Shown in pieces: positions 1-8,684 of a DNA stretch of 64,000 bases (the first letter of the stretch is position 1; each line of letters starts with the position of its first letter). The stretch is taken from positions 96,001-160,000 of the forward strand of contig CAWBBV010000011.1 in assembly GCA_963787125.1 (NCBI GenBank), read 5' to 3'. The position numbers and the translations under genes are program-made. Below the pieces are notes generated by a model that made no database searches, was not told where the DNA came from, and was given only the letters and a program-made list of their open reading frames with translations. Source of the DNA: an uncultured delta proteobacterium (lineage in GTDB: Bacteria > Desulfobacterota > Desulfuromonadia > Geobacterales > DSM-12255).

Positions 1-2
1 CG

Positions 3-689
3 CTGCGCCCGTTGCTGGCAGCGGCAGCAGCCTTCAATTCCAGGGTCTATCTTTATGGCAGGGATTTCAGTGCCGCCAGCTCATTGGCAGGCTTGTCCTA
101 TGCCGGTGGTGATTGTTCTCTGGAGACTCTCGACCTCTCGCTCAAAGGGCGCTTTCAGACGGTAAACTGCGCCGTCGCCATAACCGCAGCCAGGCTCCTT
201 GGGGACGCCGGTTTTCCCGTAACTGCCGAAGCTATTCGCCAAGGAGTTGCCAGGGCAGTCTGGCCCGGCAGACTGGAACTTTTCGCGGGGAGTCCGAACA
301 TCCTTCTCGATGGTGCCCATAACCCGGCGGGGGCCCTCTCTCTGACAGAGTCACTCCAGGATTACAGTTACAAAAGACTTTTCCTCGTTGTCGGCATGCT
401 GGCTGACAAGGCCTGGCAGGAGACGCTCGCCCCGCTGCTGGCAATTGCCGATCAGGTGATAACAGTTGAACCCGCTATTGACAGGGCTCTGCCGGCAAAG
501 GAACTGGCCGGCTTTTGCCGGCAGTGCGTGACCGGCACTTTTTCTGCCGGGGGTGTGATGGCCGGACTTGAGCGTGCCAGACTTTTGGCCGCGCCTGATG
601 ACCTTGTGCTCGTCACCGGTTCCCTTTTTACCGTCGGTGAGGCAAGAGCCATTATCACCGGCAAAAGCTATATGCCGATACGCGGCTAA
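3..689 (+). CDS. folC: Bifunctional folylpolyglutamate synthase/dihydrofolate synthase, 5' truncated by window edge
   Basis: C-terminal FolC motifs WPGRLE, ILLDGAHNPAG, LVTGSLFTVGEA; frame open from the window start. Confidence 0.93.
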   Translation: MRPLLAAAAAFNSRVYLYGRDFSAASSLAGLSYAGGDCSLETLDLSLKGRFQTVNCAVAITAARLLGDAGFPVTAEAIRQGVARAVWPGRLELFAGSPNILLDGAHNPAGALSLTESLQDYSYKRLFLVVGMLADKAWQETLAPLLAIADQVITVEPAIDRALPAKELAGFCRQCVTGTFSAGGVMAGLERARLLAAPDDLVLVTGSLFTVGEARAIITGKSYMPIRG

Positions 690-719
690 AAAAGTACGTA
701 CGCTTTAATAAGGAAATTT

Positions 720-2750
720 GTGCCGATATTTTTATTATCATTAATATTTGCTCTGACTGCCTGGCTGCCGGTCCTGGCTGCCGAACCCGGCCAGTTGGTT
801 ATAAAGGCCGACAAGGTCAGTCATGAGCAGAATAATGACGTCATCAACGCTTCCGGAAATGTCGAGATCGACTGGAGCGGGTCCAAACTTTATGCCGATA
901 TGGCAGAATATTACCGGGGAAAAGGGACAGTTACCGCCAAGGGGGCTGTCAAACTGCTCAAGGGTAGCGACACTCTTTCCGGAGAGAGCGCCGAATTTGA
1001 AGTAGCGAGTAAAACCGGGGTTATTAACAACGGCACTATCTTCATAAAAAGTAATAACCTTCATCTGAACGGCTCAAAAATAGAAAAGACCGGCGATCAG
1101 GATTACCGGATCAAGGACGCCACCATAACCTCCTGTGACGGTGACAAGCCAAGCTGGAAGTTCCGGGTGGAAGATCTGAAAATGACTGTTGACGACTTTG
1201 CTTACGGTAAGAACGCGCTTTTCTATCTCAGTGACATTCCTGTTCTCTGGCTGCCATACCTGATTTATCCTGCCAAGACCGAAAGGCAGTCCGGCTTTTT
1301 GATACCGACTGTCGGGAACTCCTCCAAGAAAGGGGCTTTCCTCGAAATCCCCTACTACTGGGCACCTTCACCAAGCGTGGACATGACCATGACTGCGGAT
1401 CTGCAGAGCAAACGCGGCATGGGTGTTGCGCTCGAACATCGCTACCTTGGCCTTGACAAAGGCCATGGCTTGAGTAAAGGGTATCTGATCTACGACACCG
1501 ACAAGGAAAAGTTTCGCGGTGATCTTGAAATGAAGCAGCAGACCAATTTTACGGAAAACACATACTGGCGGGCGGATGTCAGCCTTACCCTTGATCGCGA
1601 TTTCTTTCGCGACTACGGGGTCATGAGTGGCGATTACAACCGGCAATATCTCGGTGCGACCGCTTTTTTGACTCATAAAAGCGGTGATCTGCTCCTGAGT
1701 GGCGGGGTTGACTATCTTAACAACCTCGATGCCCCGAACAACAGCGCCACCCTGCAGAAACTGCCGTTCCTGACCTTTAACGGCACAGGCACTGAATTAC
1801 CCGGCACCCCTCTTTACTACTCCTTTGCGACTGCCGCCACAAATTTCACCAGAGATACCGGTGACCGCGGACAGCGGCTGCAGTTAGCACCAAGACTGCT
1901 TTTACCTCTCAAAAGCGGCGACCTGTTTTACGGCTCCGTCTGGGGCGGCTACAATCAAAGGTTCTACAGTGCCGATGCAAGCGGTGAAGCAAACGGCTCA
2001 AGCAAGCTGGGACTGCTTGAGGGTGGCGCCGTTGTGCGGACGGAACTGGCAAGAGTTTATGACTCGCCACTACCGGAATTCGGCAAGATAAAACATTCGA
2101 TTACCCCGGAAATATCCTACTCGGTGGCAGAAAAACATAATCAGAACGATCTCCCTTTTTTTGATTACGATGACAGGGTTGTTGGCGGGCAACTACTAAC
2201 CTTGTCGTTGCTCAACAGACTTACCGGACGCTTTGTCAAAGGGGAGCAGACCGAGTACCGCGACCTGGCGAGATTCAGCGTGTCCCAGGGGTACCAGTTA
2301 AGCGGAGAACGGCGCGATCTGCTGGTGCTTGTCGATTATGGCCGCCCTTTTACAGACACCAGGCTGCTGCTGGAGCTCTTTCCTGCCCCTGACTGGCGGC
2401 TTTATACAGACAACCGGATCAGCCCTTACAACGGCAACGTGACAAACTCATCGCTAACTACCGAGGTGTCCGACGCTAAAGGGTCACGAGCATCGCTGGG
2501 ATATCATCATGCTGAACGAGTGCTCGACTATATCGAAGGCAAGGTTTCTTACGCTGAATTCAAGCCTTATACTCTCGCGGCAACGGGTCGCTACTCCTTT
2601 GACCGGCCCGGATATCTTGAAACTCTCTACTCACTGGAGTATAAACATCAGTGCTGGGGGGTGATTTTTTCCTACAGGGACCGGATTGACAACAAGGAGT
2701 TTTCGTTCACTTTTAATCTCTCCGGGTTGGGTAATTTTAAACTGCTATAA
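720..2750 (+). CDS. lptD: LPS-assembly outer-membrane protein LptD
   Basis: Signal peptide, OstA-like N-terminus (ASGNVEI), ITSCD motif, RQSGFLIP and EIPYYWA motifs, C-terminal YKHQCW barrel strand; follows folC. Confidence 0.9.
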   Translation: MPIFLLSLIFALTAWLPVLAAEPGQLVIKADKVSHEQNNDVINASGNVEIDWSGSKLYADMAEYYRGKGTVTAKGAVKLLKGSDTLSGESAEFEVASKTGVINNGTIFIKSNNLHLNGSKIEKTGDQDYRIKDATITSCDGDKPSWKFRVEDLKMTVDDFAYGKNALFYLSDIPVLWLPYLIYPAKTERQSGFLIPTVGNSSKKGAFLEIPYYWAPSPSVDMTMTADLQSKRGMGVALEHRYLGLDKGHGLSKGYLIYDTDKEKFRGDLEMKQQTNFTENTYWRADVSLTLDRDFFRDYGVMSGDYNRQYLGATAFLTHKSGDLLLSGGVDYLNNLDAPNNSATLQKLPFLTFNGTGTELPGTPLYYSFATAATNFTRDTGDRGQRLQLAPRLLLPLKSGDLFYGSVWGGYNQRFYSADASGEANGSSKLGLLEGGAVVRTELARVYDSPLPEFGKIKHSITPEISYSVAEKHNQNDLPFFDYDDRVVGGQLLTLSLLNRLTGRFVKGEQTEYRDLARFSVSQGYQLSGERRDLLVLVDYGRPFTDTRLLLELFPAPDWRLYTDNRISPYNGNVTNSSLTTEVSDAKGSRASLGYHHAERVLDYIEGKVSYAEFKPYTLAATGRYSFDRPGYLETLYSLEYKHQCWGVIFSYRDRIDNKEFSFTFNLSGLGNFKLL

Positions 2751-2842
2751 AGCTTGAGCCTGAAACCCTTACCTGAACAAAGATCACAACTGAAACTACA
2801 GATAACAACTGATTTACATTCATTTAAACAATGGAGGAGATA

Positions 2843-3673
2843 ATGATTTTAGTCATAGGTGCAAACGGGATGCTCGGCCACGACCTCATGAAAGTTTTGG
2901 AGGGAGATGTCCGCGGGATTGATCTGCCGGATATCGATATAACTTCACTGGAATCGGTCAGAAGGATTCTGTTGACTCTCAAACCGAAGGTTATTATCAA
3001 CTCTGCGGCCTATACCGATGTTGACGGCTGTGAGACGAATGTCGAACAGGCGATGGCGGTGAACGGAGAAGGGGTTGGACTGCTGGCGCTTACTGCGCGG
3101 GAGATTGGGGCCAAACTGGTACAAATCAGCACCGACTATGTCTTTAACGGTGCCAAAGGGAGCCCTTATCTTGAGTATGATCCGGTCGGGCCCTTGAGTA
3201 TTTACGGTGAGTCCAAACTGGCAGGCGAACTGAACGCCGCCATGGTGCCGGAGCATCTGATTGTCCGTACTCAGTGGCTTTACGGCATTCACGGCAAGAA
3301 CTTCGTCGAAACGATGCTGCGGCTGGCACGTGAAAAAAATGAGCTGGCAGTGGTGGACGATCAGATCGGTTCGCCAACCTGGACTTACGATCTTGCCTTG
3401 GCAATCAAAGCGCTGCTTGAGAAAAAATGCAGCGGTATCTATCATGCCGCCAACAGCGGCTACTGTTCCTGGAACGAGTTTGCCAAAGCAATATTCGAGG
3501 AAGAAGGGCTGGAGATCACGGTCAATGGCATGACAACCAAAGAGCTGAACCGCCCGGCAAACAGGCCTTTGTACTCAACTCTTGACTGCGGTCTGTTGGC
3601 GAAGGACAGCGGTTTTTACCCGCAGCCGTGGCGAGAAGCCTTGAAGGCGTATCTTCACTTGAGGCAGAAGTAA
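2843..3673 (+). CDS. rfbD: dTDP-4-dehydrorhamnose reductase
   Basis: GANGMLG Rossmann motif, ISTDYVFNG, YGESK catalytic YxxxK, VDDQIGSPT; GGAGGAG RBS favours the ATG at 2843. Confidence 0.95.
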   Translation: MILVIGANGMLGHDLMKVLEGDVRGIDLPDIDITSLESVRRILLTLKPKVIINSAAYTDVDGCETNVEQAMAVNGEGVGLLALTAREIGAKLVQISTDYVFNGAKGSPYLEYDPVGPLSIYGESKLAGELNAAMVPEHLIVRTQWLYGIHGKNFVETMLRLAREKNELAVVDDQIGSPTWTYDLALAIKALLEKKCSGIYHAANSGYCSWNEFAKAIFEEEGLEITVNGMTTKELNRPANRPLYSTLDCGLLAKDSGFYPQPWREALKAYLHLRQK

Positions 3674-5149
3674 TTGCCGGGCTCTGCTGACTGCAGACTT
3701 TATCTCAGCGCGGTGCTGCTTGTTTTTCTCCTGCTACCTGTATCCTTGCGAGCAGAAACAAATAATTTCATCAACCTCGACGAATTGAAACCCGGCATGA
3801 AGGGGCAAGCAGTGTCAGTCTTTCGCGGCACCGCGCCGGAGGCTTTTGGCGTCGAACTGCAGGGGGTCGTTGACGGACCGCTGGCAGGGAGCAGGTACAT
3901 GCTGCTCAAGGTGAGTGATGAGTCCCTTCGGGTAGGTTCGGGCTTCAGCGGCAGTCCTGTCTATTTTGACGGCAGGCTGGCCGGCGCCATTTCACACATG
4001 GAACAGAACCTGGCAAGCCAGATGGCCATGGCCGTGCCGATCGCCCGCATGCTGGAAGATGCCGCCAGACCGGCTTTGACAGCTGTCAGCACCTCTTTGC
4101 CGGTCATGAAACTCCCGCCTGGCAGCATGATCGCCATCCCCCTGGTCAGGGGTGATTTCTGGATGGGATCGTCCGGCACCGTAACCTACGTCAACAACGA
4201 CCTCCTCCTTGCTTTTGGCCACGAAAACTTTTTCTATGGTGACAGCGTCCAGCTCCCCATCCACCGCGCCACGGTGCACGGTGTCATCCCTCGCCTCGAC
4301 ATCTCCCACAAGGAGGCCTCACCCCTCGAAGAGATCGGCAGTGTCATCTGGGACGGCAAGTCGGCCCTGGTCGGCCGCCTCGGCGTCAAGGCCGCCATGG
4401 TGCCATTAACGATTGATTATAAAAGTGCCGGTGGCACCGGAAAACACTTCGACCTGGAGATGGCCAGTCACAGTAGAATGGCTCCCGGGATTATAACCCG
4501 CGTCTGCCGCGCGGTCATCTATGATCATCTTCCCAATAGTCCTGCTGGTTCCGACCTTGAAATCATCCTTACAGTTACACTGCAGGGTCTGGATAAACCG
4601 GTTGTCATCAACCAGCGCTTCAGCGCTGAGCTGCTGAAGAACGACCTGGCTGCGACATCAAATCCACTCCAGGTCCTATTGACGGCGCTGCTCTTCCCGT
4701 TGTCCGACAAGCAGGTAATCAAGTCCATAACCATGAGCATGGTTGATCTTCCAGTAGCAAAAACTGCCCGTATCGCCGAGGCTGCCTTTACCACGACCAA
4801 AGCAAGAGCCGGGGATACGGTTAATCTGCGGGTGCGTCTCAGCGGGCCTTTCGGAGAACCGCAGGATATAAGCGTGCCGCTTCAGATTCCCCTGGATTAC
4901 GACCATCCCCGTTTCAGTGTCTCCGTCAATGCCGGGAGATCAGTCCGCCCGGAGGAGACATCCCCGGATTCCATTGAAAAAATCGCTGCCTGGCTCGCCG
5001 CCATTGCCCGCAGCGATGAGCTGGTGATTCTTGCGCCGGCAGGCAGCAGAGGCAGTACTTATCCGGAGGCCCGTCTTGACCGTGCTGTTACCCGTACAAC
5101 CTGGAATCTTGAGGGTGGTGTCGAAACAAGCATTGCGGTACAGGAGTAA
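3674..5149 (+). CDS. Exported SpoIVB/S55-family serine peptidase-domain protein
   Basis: Signal peptide, LKPGMKG start of domain, GFSGSPVYFDGRLAGAIS (SpoIVB-type GxSGSP nucleophile), GTVTYV...LAFGH; TTG start abuts the rfbD stop and is uncertain. Confidence 0.8.
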   Translation: MPGSADCRLYLSAVLLVFLLLPVSLRAETNNFINLDELKPGMKGQAVSVFRGTAPEAFGVELQGVVDGPLAGSRYMLLKVSDESLRVGSGFSGSPVYFDGRLAGAISHMEQNLASQMAMAVPIARMLEDAARPALTAVSTSLPVMKLPPGSMIAIPLVRGDFWMGSSGTVTYVNNDLLLAFGHENFFYGDSVQLPIHRATVHGVIPRLDISHKEASPLEEIGSVIWDGKSALVGRLGVKAAMVPLTIDYKSAGGTGKHFDLEMASHSRMAPGIITRVCRAVIYDHLPNSPAGSDLEIILTVTLQGLDKPVVINQRFSAELLKNDLAATSNPLQVLLTALLFPLSDKQVIKSITMSMVDLPVAKTARIAEAAFTTTKARAGDTVNLRVRLSGPFGEPQDISVPLQIPLDYDHPRFSVSVNAGRSVRPEETSPDSIEKIAAWLAAIARSDELVILAPAGSRGSTYPEARLDRAVTRTTWNLEGGVETSIAVQE

Positions 5150-5152
5150 CTC

Positions 5153-5878
5153 GTGAACCGGATTGCACCACCATGGGCCGGCCGGTTTTCGCGACCGTTG
5201 GCACGCAACCGCTACGCCATTGGTGACGTTCACGGTTGCTGTCTGACCCTGCAGACATTAATCGAGGACGTTCTGCAGTTTGGGCCGGATGACATCCTGT
5301 TTATGCTGGGAGATTATATCGACCGCGGCCCGGACAGTAAGGGAGTGCTCGACTACCTGCGGCGGCTGATCTGGGAGAAGGATTACGATCTCCGGCTGCT
5401 CATGGGCAATCATGAAGAGCTCTGCCAGAATTCCGCCGGCGGTGATTCTCTTGCAAGAGACATCTGGTACAGCAACGGTGGCGGCTTGACAATGGAACAA
5501 CTCGGGGTGGAGCGGCCTGAGGATATTCCGAAAACGTATCTGGATTTCATGGCAGCCATGCCGCGAATCCTCACCGAGCCTGATTATGTCTTTGCCCATG
5601 CCGGGCTGGACTTTACGACCAGAGACCCAATCAGTGAGACTTCGCCACAACACCTCCTCTGGGCGCGCAGCGGGCGGGTACAACCAAAAAACATCAACGG
5701 TCGCACTCTGGTCTGCGGCCATACCAAAACACCCCTCTTCGCCATCAGGGAGTCATTGAGCACGTCGATCATCTGCCTTGATAACGGCTGTTATGACAGA
5801 GGGCATATGGGGTATGGCAGTCTTGTCGCGTTGAATCTGGATACGCGGGAGCTGTCGGTGCAGGAAAATTGTGAATAG
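5153..5878 (+). CDS. Calcineurin-like metallophosphoesterase (PPP/PrpA-type Ser/Thr phosphatase)
   Basis: GDVHG, GDYIDRGPDS, GNHE, HAG, GHT motifs. Confidence 0.9.
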   Translation: MNRIAPPWAGRFSRPLARNRYAIGDVHGCCLTLQTLIEDVLQFGPDDILFMLGDYIDRGPDSKGVLDYLRRLIWEKDYDLRLLMGNHEELCQNSAGGDSLARDIWYSNGGGLTMEQLGVERPEDIPKTYLDFMAAMPRILTEPDYVFAHAGLDFTTRDPISETSPQHLLWARSGRVQPKNINGRTLVCGHTKTPLFAIRESLSTSIICLDNGCYDRGHMGYGSLVALNLDTRELSVQENCE

Positions 5879-5929
5879 TGCGGGTCAAAGCAGTTTCTAT
5901 AAAAATTGAGACTTTAGGGGAGATTGAGC

Positions 5930-6859
5930 ATGAAACGGTTAATGTTGCTGCTGGTAGGAGCTATGCTGATGTCGTTGTGGGGGGGAGCGGTTTTTGCCGC
6001 CGATGATCGCTTTGTTGTAGCTGATCAGACTGTGATGGACAAAATCACGGGCCTTGTCTGGACAAAAGATGCCAACCTTGGGAAACGGAAATGGGATGGC
6101 GCCTTCACGCTGATCAAGGAGTTGAATCAGAAAAAATATGCCGGATTTGCTGATTGGCGGCTGCCCAGCAAGGAGGAGTTGCAGGCGCTGATCGTCTACG
6201 CCAACGGCTTGGGTTACAACGATTCAGACCGTGCACCATACCAGCTTTTCAATGAACTCGGCTTTACCAATGTTCAGGCGGACGGCTACTGGTCGGCCAC
6301 TCCCGGACCGGACTACACAATGACTAAAGGCGCTTATCTCGCGGACATGAGCTCAAGTCAAGTGGCTAACGTCGCCAAAGGGACCAGCGTCTACGTCTGG
6401 CCCGTGCGTGTGGGTGGGAAGCCATTGGATGTCGAAACCCCGGTTGAACTCAACCTGAACTCGATGAGCTTTGAATCTATCCGGAAAGATGGAGTCGTTG
6501 ATGGAAAATCTCAGCTCATCTTAAACTCTAAGATGAGCAGCAATGAGCGAAAATCAGTGGAGGCGCTACTGAAAAGTAATGACTCGACCGCCAGAAAAGA
6601 ACGGGAAAAATCTCTGACCGCCAAGGGTAAAGAACTCTACAGCAAAGGGACTGCTGCTTTCATTGCCGATGCCGGATATTTTTCCCAGGTCATGCTGGTA
6701 GACTGTGAAAATATGACTTTCGGTGTACGCGGAATCAAAATTCTCAATTGGGGGAAACGGCCTTTAATGGAGGATTTGCAGGAAGCAGGTTCTGTTGATT
6801 ACATGACGATCCCGCGGGATAAGTTCGGCGACACTCTTAAACATTTTGGCTGTCAATAA
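5930..6859 (+). CDS. Exported DUF1566 (Lcl C-terminal, C-type-lectin fold) protein with an extra C-terminal domain
   Basis: Signal peptide ending AVFA; TVMDKITGLVWTK, DWRLPSKEEL, YWSAT, VWPVR motifs; ~145 aa C-terminal extension with two Cys. Confidence 0.85.
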   Translation: MKRLMLLLVGAMLMSLWGGAVFAADDRFVVADQTVMDKITGLVWTKDANLGKRKWDGAFTLIKELNQKKYAGFADWRLPSKEELQALIVYANGLGYNDSDRAPYQLFNELGFTNVQADGYWSATPGPDYTMTKGAYLADMSSSQVANVAKGTSVYVWPVRVGGKPLDVETPVELNLNSMSFESIRKDGVVDGKSQLILNSKMSSNERKSVEALLKSNDSTARKEREKSLTAKGKELYSKGTAAFIADAGYFSQVMLVDCENMTFGVRGIKILNWGKRPLMEDLQEAGSVDYMTIPRDKFGDTLKHFGCQ

Positions 6860-6896
6860 ACGGTAAAGCTAACGTTCAGCAAGGGAGTTTATAGTT

Positions 6897-8090
6897 ATGC
6901 GTCTTCGCGTAAACAGAATCGTTGTGCTGATGGCAGTGATCTATGGAATACTTTCAGTTGCCGGCGTTGAGGCGCGGTCCCGGAAAGAGACTAAAATTGT
7001 AGACAACTCACAGATTGTTGATGAAGTCGATGCCATAGAAGCGCGTTTTTTAGATTCTTCCGTCTCTACGGAGTGCACCGCCTTAATGAAAAAAGTTGTT
7101 GCCGATGTTCGCTTGGGAAATACTCAAGACAAGTCATTCGCAGGTCATGCAGAGATGGTTAAGAGCTGGAATGTTGCGTATGATGATCCGAATAACGTCA
7201 AAACGGCCGGGGAATGGATAAGGATGTTCGGAATTCGGGATTTAAATAGAAACTGCAAATCCGTTGAAGTTCTGTTCATGTCGCAATACGCAGGGGGGAC
7301 AAAGATGCTTAGTCTTGCTCAGTATGATCTGAGCGGTCTGAATATTGCTCCCGATAGCAAGATATTTGGCCGGGGAATAGTTAGCGGGAACACCTCAACT
7401 GAATATGTGTTTAAAATGTATGCCGGTGGACATGACGCCGGCACAAAAGTGCCGGTAGCTACCAATACAGAAAAAGAGTTTGTCTGCATTGGGGGTGAAT
7501 GTGTTGTTGCTACTCTTGCCGAAGCCTTTGAAAAAGGCTGGCTAACTCCGGAGTCCCCGGTGCCGACGACTGTAAAACGAGACCTGGCCGGATTATTCGA
7601 GCAGAAACGCTTGCAAAAGCTGGAAGCTTATCGGGCAGAGTTTCGCATGGCAGTATCTTCTAAGGAGTTCGACGCCTTTATCAGTAAATATGCCGGCAAC
7701 GACCAAGACAGTTTGCTTCCAGCTGCGCGCAGCAAAAAAACAGCGGCACTGCTGCGGGAATATCGCGAAGCGTTCAAGGCTGCATACTCAACTGCTACCC
7801 TGGATGACTTTATGGAAAAATATTCGGCGAACGACCCTGACAAGCTGGTTCCCCAAGCAAAGAAACTACGCGTAGCAGCAGCAGTCAGAGAAAATCGTGA
7901 GCGCGAAGAAGCAGAACGCAGATGGCAAGCCGATGCCCCCCGCAGGCAGCATAACGCCATATGTGATGCCAACTATTTCACCTGCAAGGCTGGTTGCAAC
8001 ACTATTGTCGGGTCTCACTACGAAGCCTGGGACGCCCGCAACAAGTGCGAGCAAAACTGTTCGAGTGCCAAAAGTTCGTGTTCGCGCTAG
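6897..8090 (+). CDS. Exported hypothetical protein with a 2x44 aa helical repeat and a six-Cys C-terminal domain
   Basis: 397 aa ORF, signal peptide ending VEA, GGGAG RBS, internal repeat at 7629-7892. Confidence 0.75.
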   Translation: MRLRVNRIVVLMAVIYGILSVAGVEARSRKETKIVDNSQIVDEVDAIEARFLDSSVSTECTALMKKVVADVRLGNTQDKSFAGHAEMVKSWNVAYDDPNNVKTAGEWIRMFGIRDLNRNCKSVEVLFMSQYAGGTKMLSLAQYDLSGLNIAPDSKIFGRGIVSGNTSTEYVFKMYAGGHDAGTKVPVATNTEKEFVCIGGECVVATLAEAFEKGWLTPESPVPTTVKRDLAGLFEQKRLQKLEAYRAEFRMAVSSKEFDAFISKYAGNDQDSLLPAARSKKTAALLREYREAFKAAYSTATLDDFMEKYSANDPDKLVPQAKKLRVAAAVRENREREEAERRWQADAPRRQHNAICDANYFTCKAGCNTIVGSHYEAWDARNKCEQNCSSAKSSCSR

Positions 8091-8135
8091 AGGCTTCAGT
8101 AAAACGTGACAGAAATTAATCTCAGGGGGTTAAAC

Positions 8136-8648
8136 ATGCGACAAGTATCACTGATAATTACGGGGATATTGCTGGTTGTGCTGTGCGCAGGAGCTGTTTT
8201 TGCCGATGAAAGCAGGCTTGTATTTTCCAAACAGACGGTAAGGGATAAACAGACTGGTCTAATGTGGACAAGGAATGCCAATCTGGGACAAAAGAACTTG
8301 AATGGTGCAGCTGAACTGGTTGAAACTCTGAATAAGCAGAAGTATGCAGGGTTCGAGGATTGGCGACTGCCAAATGTCATCGAACTGAACGAGTTGGTTA
8401 TGTATGCCGAACATAACGGCGAGGGTTATCCATATCAAATACTCGTCAAAATGGGCTTTGAAGAAGTTCAAAAAGCCTGGTACTGGACATCAAGCAAAAA
8501 CGAACGCTATACATATCCAAGAGAATTTGTTTACTGCGTTACAACCAACAACGGACAATTCGAAGAAAGAAACATCAATAGCGAGAATTACGTTTTACCT
8601 GTGCGCGGTAAAGAAGGTCCGGCAAAATTAACCACTACTCCACTATAA
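8136..8648 (+). CDS. Exported DUF1566 protein, paralogue of 5930-6859
   Basis: Signal peptide ending AVFA; TVRDKQTGLMWTR, DWRLPNVIEL, YWTSS, VLPVRG; AGGGGG RBS before the ATG at 8136. Confidence 0.85.
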   Translation: MRQVSLIITGILLVVLCAGAVFADESRLVFSKQTVRDKQTGLMWTRNANLGQKNLNGAAELVETLNKQKYAGFEDWRLPNVIELNELVMYAEHNGEGYPYQILVKMGFEEVQKAWYWTSSKNERYTYPREFVYCVTTNNGQFEERNINSENYVLPVRGKEGPAKLTTTPL

Positions 8649-8684
8649 AAAAGATATCGACATGCAGCAAGAGGAGAAGGATTA

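Noticed and set aside
5930..8648. A complete DGR in this window
   Set aside because: No reverse transcriptase, no accessory gene and no near-identical template/variable repeat pair seen
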